A stretch of 64,000 nt of DNA from a bacterium (GTDB lineage: Bacteria > Zixibacteria > MSB-5A5 > GN15 > FEB-12), in contig JAUWIB010000099.1 of assembly GCA_030605565.1 (NCBI GenBank), forward strand, positions 733 through 64,732. The letters run 5' to 3'. The stretch's first letter is position 1, and each line of letters opens with the position of its first letter. The notes below the pieces were generated by a model, which was not told where the DNA came from, did no database searches, and was given only the letters and a program-made list of their open reading frames with translations. Made by a program: the position numbers and the translations under genes. Below are positions 57,059 through 64,000 of this stretch, piece by piece.

Positions 57059-58495
57059 CTAGTAAATCCCGTAGCGAGAGATACGGTCGCGGAGCGTATT
57101 GCGAGAGATACCCAAGGTCTCAGAGGTCTTCACCTGGTTGCCGTCGAAGTGCTTCAGGCAACTGGATATCACCGCCCGCTCAAAGGCGCTCTCAAGAAAG
57201 TGAAAAATCTGACCCGGTGAATTGACGATCAGCTTGGGCATTATCGGATTGATGATCTTAGTGAACGTCTCGGTGTAGTCATCTTTCAGAGTCGACAGAT
57301 CTATTTGTGGTCTTGACGTGTCTTCAGAGAAGATCGGGAAGTCCTCCGGCTGAAGGGTCTCGCTCTTGGACATGACCAGAGCATTCTGGATGTTGTTTTC
57401 CAATTCGCGCACGTTGCCCGGCCACTGATACCCGGTCAGCATCTGTAGTGCTTTCTTGGAAACGCGCCGGACCGGTTGATCAAGCTGCGTGGCGAACCTC
57501 TTGCAGAAGTATCCGACCAACTGGGGGACGTCAACCCGGCGTTCGCGTAGCGGCGGGATATAGATCGATACGACTTTGAGACGATAGAACAAATCAACGC
57601 GGAAGGACCCTTCCTTCATGCACTGCACCAGCGACTTGTTCGTCGCCGCCACAATACGCACGTCGACGGTGAGGTTGTCGCTGCCACCGACTCGTTGAAA
57701 GCTCTTGTCCTGAAGAACCCTGAGCAGCTTGGATTGCGTGAGCATGGTCATGTCGGCGATTTCGTCAAGGAAAAGGGTGCCACTGTCAGCCTGCTCGAAC
57801 TTACCGATCCGTTTGAAGTAGGCGCCGGTGAAAGCACCTTTCTCGTGACCGAACAACTCCGACTCCAACAATGTCTCCGGCAGGGCGGCGCAATTGACCG
57901 AAAGAAAGGCGTTGGCGCGGCGATTGGAGTGACGATGGATGGCCCGCGCGACCAGTTCCTTACCGGTGCCGGATTCACCGATGATCAACACTGCGGCATC
58001 CGACTTGGCCACCTGTCCGATTAGCTTGGCGATCTCCACAATCTCCGGGGACTGACCGACGATCTCATCGACACCAGACTGGGTCGCTTCTTCTCGAACC
58101 GGCGTTGATGCCAAGGGGCTTTTGTAAGCGGTGGTGTAGCCACAAGCCTTGTTGACGGTATCGATCAACTTCTCAATCTGAAACGGCTTGGTGAGGTACT
58201 CGAAGGCGCCCTCACGCATCGCTTCCATGGCATCATCAGTTGACACAAAACCGGAGATCACGATGATCGGAAGATTCTCTTTGCGCTGCCTGATTTGCTT
58301 GAGAACCTCAAGTCCCGACAGGCTTGGCAGGTTCACGTCGAGCATTACCAGGTCGATATCGTCGTGCTCATCGACAAACTCGCAGACTTCGGTGCCGTCA
58401 TCCAGAAAGCTGAAATTGAATTTCTCCGGATCAAACAGGTTGGCCAGCGACTGGGAAAGATCCTTGTCGTCATCAACCAGCAATATGTTTTTCAT
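57059..58495 (-). CDS. Sigma54-dependent response regulator (NtrC family)
   Basis: Receiver domain (ILLVDDD...DLVMLDVNLP), AAA+ domain (GESGTGKELVARAIH, GAFTGA, VRELEN) and a Fis-type HTH (TSETLGISRNTLRDRI). Confidence 0.9.
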   Translation of the reverse strand: MKNILLVDDDKDLSQSLANLFDPEKFNFSFLDDGTEVCEFVDEHDDIDLVMLDVNLPSLSGLEVLKQIRQRKENLPIIVISGFVSTDDAMEAMREGAFEYLTKPFQIEKLIDTVNKACGYTTAYKSPLASTPVREEATQSGVDEIVGQSPEIVEIAKLIGQVAKSDAAVLIIGESGTGKELVARAIHRHSNRRANAFLSVNCAALPETLLESELFGHEKGAFTGAYFKRIGKFEQADSGTLFLDEIADMTMLTQSKLLRVLQDKSFQRVGGSDNLTVDVRIVAATNKSLVQCMKEGSFRVDLFYRLKVVSIYIPPLRERRVDVPQLVGYFCKRFATQLDQPVRRVSKKALQMLTGYQWPGNVRELENNIQNALVMSKSETLQPEDFPIFSEDTSRPQIDLSTLKDDYTETFTKIINPIMPKLIVNSPGQIFHFLESAFERAVISSCLKHFDGNQVKTSETLGISRNTLRDRISRYGIY

Positions 58496-58780
58496 CTGCA
58501 TCTTATCTAGCATCTTCCGTTATATCGCATATATCGGCGGTTATCCTGAATTGTGAAGAGACAAAAGCAGGATATCCGGTGGTTAAGCGCAAATAATCGT
58601 AAGATTATGAACAATCTGACAGGCGAACCAGTCCTCGCAACAGAAACCTCAGACGGGAATACTATATCATGGGGTAGGAAAGTCTTGTTTTGGACTGATT
58701 GGTTCTTGAGGAGGATTCAATACGGCTGGCAAGTTGGAGGGAGTCGATCGGCGCCTGGTAAGAATGGCCGGTACAGCAGC

Positions 58781-59626
58781 CTACTCTTCTTCGTCTATCA
58801 AAAACCGAACGGCCGTACCCATCCACAGGAACGAGGCCAGGGCATTGACCGCCAGGCCGGCGAGCAAGACCCAGTAGACCAGTTCCGGCCTGAACTTTTC
58901 GATTATTGTCACCGGCCGCCCCGCTGCCACCGAGATTAACGTCTGACCCAGGATGACTGCAAAGGCCAGAATCAGGCAGGTAATCGGATTCCTGATGAAT
59001 ATCCCCAACGAACGTTTCAGCCCCTCCAGAACGTTGTCACCGTAGACCGCGATGGACGGGATTACGAAATACAACATGGCCAGCATAAGGGTGAAGATGC
59101 CGGGCATTATTCCGAACTCGAAGACCATCATCCTCCGAGGCGATCCCCATAACCAGTCGACCAGATACTGGGGAAAAATCAGGGTCGCCGCAAGCATCAG
59201 TCCATTGAGCAAAACCCAGCCCAAGATGAGCTGCCCCCAGGACGAGAGCACCAACTTCAGCGGGGATGACTCCGGCTTTTTGACCTCAAGGTAACTATCG
59301 AAGAACATCAGGGCCACCAGCCCCAGAACCGCCCCCTCAAGAACGAGCCCAACAGCCAACTTGGCCCAGTCGAACAGGATGGGCAGAATCAGAAAATGAC
59401 CGGGGTAATGGAAAAACCCGGTGGCCTCTCGGGAACCGAAGAATTCCGCCCAGAGTTTGATCGGACCATAAAAGACCGGCGACATCGCCTTATAGTGTGC
59501 AAATAGAACCAGCCAGTTGAACAGGAAGAACAGCCCCAACACCAGCCAGATTCGCCCCCGTCCAAATTGACGGAAGGTGTCAAGGAAAAGCATGATCAGC
59601 CGGTTTATGGACCTGACGAGATTCAT
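58781..59626 (-). CDS. Hypothetical polytopic membrane protein
   Basis: Six to eight hydrophobic segments. No family recognised. Confidence 0.55.
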   Translation of the reverse strand: MNLVRSINRLIMLFLDTFRQFGRGRIWLVLGLFFLFNWLVLFAHYKAMSPVFYGPIKLWAEFFGSREATGFFHYPGHFLILPILFDWAKLAVGLVLEGAVLGLVALMFFDSYLEVKKPESSPLKLVLSSWGQLILGWVLLNGLMLAATLIFPQYLVDWLWGSPRRMMVFEFGIMPGIFTLMLAMLYFVIPSIAVYGDNVLEGLKRSLGIFIRNPITCLILAFAVILGQTLISVAAGRPVTIIEKFRPELVYWVLLAGLAVNALASFLWMGTAVRFLIDEEE

Positions 59627-59635
59627 GGGGAGGCC

Positions 59636-60883
59636 TTAGGGTGCAGTCACTGATACCACGTTCGATCCTGCAAACTCGCCGTGACGATCGAAGACAAAGA
59701 GCCTATAGTGACTTTCGCCCGAAGGGGTGCTCGTTTCATACTGGGCCGTACCTGACGCTGTAATAATCGTCACCAACTCATCATTGGTATCAACCGTACC
59801 GGAGGAGGGATTGCGAAATAATCGGTAAGAATCGAAATCCGATTCGTTACTGATCGACCATGTGAAGATGACTGTACTCTCCACACTATTGGTATCCGCA
59901 GCCAATGTCACGGCGTCAGGTGGCATGTTGATATTTATCAAGTCCTCGGATTCAAAAGGATCCGCCCGGTTGCCGGCTGCATCAGTGAACGAACCGGTAA
60001 CAATCGCGTCAAGAGCATTCACGCCATGCGGCACCGTGTATATGCCGGAGTAGACACCATCATCAGCAATCACATCACCGTCGGCGCCGTCATCATACAA
60101 TTGGAAATCCCTGACCGATTCAAACGAAACCGAAGCCTCTCCCCCGGTTTCACCGGCGTCGACCTTGAAAGTGGTGGTATGACCAACTTTGAGCGTATCA
60201 GATCGCGGCCAAAAGGTTACCGATGTTATCTCGGCATAAGTATCCAACGTTATATCGTCCGAGAGCGACGCGCCGGTCTCCGAACCGTCGGCGTATTGCA
60301 TCCGCACGTACACCGTCTTGACGCCATCCCCTTCCGAGAGCTCAAACGACTTGGTACTACCGAAGCTCTCCCATACGGCGTCGGAGAAATCGGCTTGCTC
60401 CGACAACTCTACATATGACGCTGCGACGCCGGTATATATCTGCACCTGCACATCCCGTTGCCTGGTGTACTCGCTGTCGTTGTTGATACTGATCGACAAG
60501 TGGACTGCAGTCGCCGACACAGTTTCAGACGGCGACGACTCCAGGCCGGTCGTGCTGACCGTAGTTGCGCGGAAGTAATGATGCTGGTTCAAGCGCAGAT
60601 CGTCAAGCGTGACACTGTAGCTTGAGGTCGAATCCCAAAGGATATATTCGCCGTGCTCATCGTCAGCGACATAGATACGGAATCGTGCAACGTCGCTGCT
60701 GTCGACTAACTCCCACTTCAACGTCACAGAGGCATCGTCAATGACCGCCTCCAGATTGATCGGTATCGACACATCCGAAGGCAGCGACCGCACCGGGTCA
60801 CTGGAGTCGAGGTACCGATCACAGCCAACCAGCAACGCCAGGATCATCAGGACCGTTGAAGGAATGAACTTTGTCATCGTCAT
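59636..60883 (-). CDS. Hypothetical lipoprotein with Ig/FN3-like beta-rich repeats
   Basis: Lipobox ILALLVGCDR, with repeated beta-strand-rich modules (VTLKWELVDSSDVARFRIYV..., FTWSISNESDFDSYRLFR...). Confidence 0.55.
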   Translation of the reverse strand: MTMTKFIPSTVLMILALLVGCDRYLDSSDPVRSLPSDVSIPINLEAVIDDASVTLKWELVDSSDVARFRIYVADDEHGEYILWDSTSSYSVTLDDLRLNQHHYFRATTVSTTGLESSPSETVSATAVHLSISINNDSEYTRQRDVQVQIYTGVAASYVELSEQADFSDAVWESFGSTKSFELSEGDGVKTVYVRMQYADGSETGASLSDDITLDTYAEITSVTFWPRSDTLKVGHTTTFKVDAGETGGEASVSFESVRDFQLYDDGADGDVIADDGVYSGIYTVPHGVNALDAIVTGSFTDAAGNRADPFESEDLININMPPDAVTLAADTNSVESTVIFTWSISNESDFDSYRLFRNPSSGTVDTNDELVTIITASGTAQYETSTPSGESHYRLFVFDRHGEFAGSNVVSVTAP

Positions 60884-60891
60884 CCACCGCC

Positions 60892-61620
60892 TTAGAAGTT
60901 TGTAGCCAGCGATAACCCAAGCTGCCGGAAATCAGACGTCGGTTTCACCGTCAACCCTTTGACTCTAAACCCTTCCGGATGATGCGGGAAGAAAATCAAG
61001 TTGTCCAGCACGTTGAGCGCCCACACTCCCACGTTCACAGCTATGGTAACTCTTCGCGCGTTCTCGGCATCCCAGGCGTCTCGCTGGGCCGCCATAAGCC
61101 CAGGGTGGAGTCGGTGCAACTCGTCGACACTGGAGGTCGCGTCGTACTCACGAAGTCTCGTCTGGTACTCGTCGAATTTGTCGTCGAAACGACTATCCGC
61201 AATCAAGTACGCCGCCGCTGATCCGGCCGCCAAAAGAGCCAGCGTCCACGCCTTGGTTTTTTGGTCGCTATAGTACTGCCCCCAGCCCGGTATGATCATC
61301 GATCTCAGAGCCGCTTTGACACGCGTCTTGGGAGCCAGGTTAACACTGAATTCCATTGTTCGCGTGGGGTCGAGATACACACGAGTGGAGTAAGTTTCGT
61401 AGCCGTACATTCGGACCACCAGCCGGTAGTCACCAATCAGCAGATGCCGAAACCTGGCGGGCGTTACCCCCGATACGGTTGCCTCCCCCTCCAACGTGGC
61501 CAACGCCCCGGGAGGATTGGACGTGATCGCCACATCCCCCCCTGCCACACTCTGTGCAAGAACCGATCCCGATGATATGACTGCGACCAGGATCGTCGCC
61601 AAAATCCTTTTCAACGCCAT
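60892..61620 (-). CDS. PEGA-like domain protein with a DUF5683-like C-terminal region
   Basis: ITSNPPGALATLEGE...GVTP...GDYRLVVRMYGYE (PEGA pattern), and IIPGWGQYYSDQKTKAW. Confidence 0.6.
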   Translation of the reverse strand: MALKRILATILVAVISSGSVLAQSVAGGDVAITSNPPGALATLEGEATVSGVTPARFRHLLIGDYRLVVRMYGYETYSTRVYLDPTRTMEFSVNLAPKTRVKAALRSMIIPGWGQYYSDQKTKAWTLALLAAGSAAAYLIADSRFDDKFDEYQTRLREYDATSSVDELHRLHPGLMAAQRDAWDAENARRVTIAVNVGVWALNVLDNLIFFPHHPEGFRVKGLTVKPTSDFRQLGLSLATNF

Positions 61621-61756
61621 TGAGCTATCCCGAATTGAACTGTTTTCCTATTCCGTTATCGGAATTATACAGTATTCATCGAGGCGGGACAAGCTTGAAT
61701 AAACAGAAACCTGGCGGAGAATTCGGCCACGGCGAGGGCCGATTTGGAGGTCCGTC

Positions 61757-62833
61757 CTAACAGGCGCCGCGCCCGGTCAGAACAACGATAACGGTGCGGC
61801 AAAGAATCTTTATGTCGAGCCAGAGCGACCAACTGCTGATGTACTTGAGATCGTGTTCCAGCTTGATCCTCACTGACTCATCAGATGAATCGTAGCCGCT
61901 CTCAACCTGGGCCAGACCGGTGAGGCCCGGCTTGACATTAAGACGCCTGGCGTAATCATCGAACTTGGCGCTGTATTTCTCAACAAAGTTGGGACGCTCC
62001 GGACGCGGGCCGACCAGAGACATCTGGCCTAAGAGGACATTTATGAACTGCGGGATTTCGTCCAGCCGAGTTTTGCGTAATATCGCCCCGAGAGTGGTAA
62101 CCCGCGGATCATTGGCGGTGGCCCAAACCGGGCCGGATCGCGCCTCGGCCTTGTCCATCATAGTGCGGAACTTGTAGACACTGAACGGCACCCCGTTGGT
62201 GTCGACTCGCCGCCGGCTGCGCTTGCGATGATCTTCCACGTCGGTTCGCTGGCAATATCGACGGTCGCGCTGCCGTCTGTTTCGCCCTACCCGAGTTTGA
62301 ACATAGAACACGGGACCGCGGGAATCCAGCTTGATGAGAATCGGCAGAATTATCCACACTGGCAAGGTCAGTATCATCCCAACCAACGATCCGATGATAT
62401 CTATCGATCTCTTGGCAACTCTACTCAACATAGCTTTCACCCGGGCTGGCTTGGCCAAAAACGCAGGCACAACCAATATAAACACGGTTGTGGCCAGAAG
62501 AAACATAATGCCCTTAAAATACTCGCCGTAATAGTAACTTACATATTGCCCCATCCCGAGAGCCGGATTGCCGGTGCGGTCAATTGAGACCGTATGAACT
62601 CCGGAAGCGACGCCATAACCAGCCGAGGAAACCGGAAGAGCCACCGCCGACTCAGAACTGATATTCGCCTTTGAGCTAATCTCGCTGTTCATCCCTAACC
62701 AAATCCGAAGTCCTGTTGCAGTGGCAGAGTAGTCCGTATTGTTTAGTATTTCAGTATGGACGCTTACTCTCGGAGATTGCGTCCCTCCAGTTCGCTTTGG
62801 TATGTCAAGCAAAACCACTGCCAAAACGGCCAA
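61757..62833 (-). CDS. Polyprenyl-phosphate sugar phosphotransferase (bacterial sugar transferase family)
   Basis: KRSIDIIGSLVGMILTLPVWI, DSRGPVFYVQTRVG, YKFRTM, DPRVTTLGAILRKTRLDEIPQ and LVGPRPERP. The true start is uncertain and probably internal. Confidence 0.85.
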   Translation of the reverse strand: MAVLAVVLLDIPKRTGGTQSPRVSVHTEILNNTDYSATATGLRIWLGMNSEISSKANISSESAVALPVSSAGYGVASGVHTVSIDRTGNPALGMGQYVSYYYGEYFKGIMFLLATTVFILVVPAFLAKPARVKAMLSRVAKRSIDIIGSLVGMILTLPVWIILPILIKLDSRGPVFYVQTRVGRNRRQRDRRYCQRTDVEDHRKRSRRRVDTNGVPFSVYKFRTMMDKAEARSGPVWATANDPRVTTLGAILRKTRLDEIPQFINVLLGQMSLVGPRPERPNFVEKYSAKFDDYARRLNVKPGLTGLAQVESGYDSSDESVRIKLEHDLKYISSWSLWLDIKILCRTVIVVLTGRGAC

Positions 62834-63035
62834 AGTACAGGTAGGTTTGGCAAATTTCGAGACTTAGACCGCTAGTCCGCAACCTGAGTAACCACAACAG
62901 GTTCTCTATCGATTTCGACCCCCGAATAAAGGACTAATACAATCTTGAAAGCAAGCCGGTGCAGGGCCGCAGTTATCTGCGCAGAGCGGCATAATATCTG
63001 CAACCGGTTGCGCCTAATGATGAATCAGAGAACAG

Positions 63036-63058
63036 AAAAAAACCGGCTCGTGGCCGGT
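63036..63058 (-). terminator. Rho-independent terminator after the PorV-like gene
   Basis: Minus strand ACCGGCCACGAGCCGGT followed by TTTTTTT, about 35 nt after the stop at 63092. Confidence 0.7.
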
Positions 63059-63091
63059 CTTCTCATTGAGCAGGGAGCAGATCCCAAAACA

Positions 63092-64000
63092 CTATTGTCC
63101 CCACTGAAACTTCAGTGAGAGACGATGAAGGTCTTCAGAGGCGTACTTTTCTCCCGGCGTAAAGGCATAATCAACCTGCGCTCGGTTGAACCGTGCCCCG
63201 ACCCCAAAGCTCAGACCCGGCCCAAAACTGCGCTGGTCCGTATTCGGCAGGTAATTATAGCCGGTTCGGACGAAATAGCGCCCTTCATAACTGTACTCAA
63301 CACCGTGGCGGATGGTAGTGCCGCCGTGTAACTGCCGGTCGAATTCAACCGAGGTGGCGAAGGCATCACCAAAGGGCCGCACCGACACAGCTAAGCGAGC
63401 CGCCGTAGGCAGATCCTCGAACACGCCGGCGAAGTCCATCTTCGTGCCCAGGTTGGTCAGCACTGCCGCCACCGAGAAACGATCGAAGTCATAACGAGCA
63501 CCCAGGTCGAGCGCATAAGCAGAACCGCTGACGTCGTCCAGCCGCTGATTGACAAACTTGCCCGTCGCACCCAGCGACAATCTCTGGTTTAGCTTGTAAC
63601 CCAGCGAGATTCCACCGGCCCAATCATAGGCAGAGATTTCTTCGTTCGAGGATGTACCGTCGAGATTGTAGCCATCGATCTGTCCATAACTCAAATACGT
63701 AATCGAAGCCGCCAGACTGGTGCGCTCACCGGTCCGTAAGGCCACCGCGCCATACTCCAGTTTGATATCCTGATACCAGGAAAAATGCCCCAGCACTACT
63801 TCGCCGCCGTTCACACCGGTCAGGCCGGCCGGATTCCAGTAAGAAGCTCCGGCATCATCCGAAACCGCCGTGAACGCGCCGCCCATGCCGGCCGCTCGGG
63901 CACCGATCCCAATCTGCAAGAAATCCGCGGCGGTCCGGCCGCCATTAGGAGCAGCTATCGTCACGCGGCCGATTAAAGCCACCAGTGCCAGGAGGAGAAT
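63092..64000 (-). CDS. PorV/PorQ-family outer-membrane protein (N-terminus off window)
   Basis: ADFLQIGIGARAAGMGGAFTAVSDDAGASYWNPAGL and a beta-barrel-like remainder ending ...LSLKFQWGQ. The frame stays open to the window end (ILLLALVALIGR looks like a signal peptide). Confidence 0.65.
   Translation of the reverse strand: MLLLALVALIGRVTIAAPNGGRTAADFLQIGIGARAAGMGGAFTAVSDDAGASYWNPAGLTGVNGGEVVLGHFSWYQDIKLEYGAVALRTGERTSLAASITYLSYGQIDGYNLDGTSSNEEISAYDWAGGISLGYKLNQRLSLGATGKFVNQRLDDVSGSAYALDLGARYDFDRFSVAAVLTNLGTKMDFAGVFEDLPTAARLAVSVRPFGDAFATSVEFDRQLHGGTTIRHGVEYSYEGRYFVRTGYNYLPNTDQRSFGPGLSFGVGARFNRAQVDYAFTPGEKYASEDLHRLSLKFQWGQ

Overview
This 64-kb window looks like a chromosomal segment of a moderately GC-rich, diderm bacterium. 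A PorV/PorQ-like gene, a PEGA/DUF5683-like protein, an Omp85-type barrel and a sigma54 NtrC-type regulator fit an FCB-group-like lineage, but that placement is inference only.

Most genes lie on the minus strand in recognisable core operons:
- xseA-xseB-ispA-dxs-nadK
- uvrC, NlpC/P60, UbiA-family prenyltransferase, cdsA, uppS
- frr-pyrH-tsf-rpsB and rpsI-rplM
- peroxiredoxin, an SprT-like protein, mtnA and yjbQ
- an archaeal-type HMG-CoA synthase/thiolase/DUF35 trio
- hsp20, dnaK and a class-II J-protein
- an envelope block: HEAT protein, PQQ-propeller lipoprotein, peptidase-TolB-Omp85 fusion, amrS, a GT9-GmhB fusion, uppP, a beta-barrel protein and an SNF transporter
- an sbcD-like gene and an NtrC-type regulator
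- a surface-polysaccharide/T9SS-like cluster

Accessory content:
- a group II intron nested inside an IS3-family element, at the left window edge
- a 1,072-bp IS with perfect 15-bp inverted ends and a 7-bp target duplication
- an Mrr-type nuclease fusion
- a low-GC methyltransferase plus candidate endonuclease pair
- a membrane/TPR two-gene module behind a near-consensus promoter
- a 93-aa ORF bracketed by 98-bp direct repeats between dnaK and the J-protein gene
- an unrecognisable 405-aa protein with a C-terminal glycine zipper, starting 7 nt after the J-protein gene

Intergenic DNA carries at least five families of short palindromic repeats arranged in mosaics. I saw no rRNA, tRNA or CRISPR array. 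All calls rest on reading the ORF translations and the DNA by eye; no database search was run.
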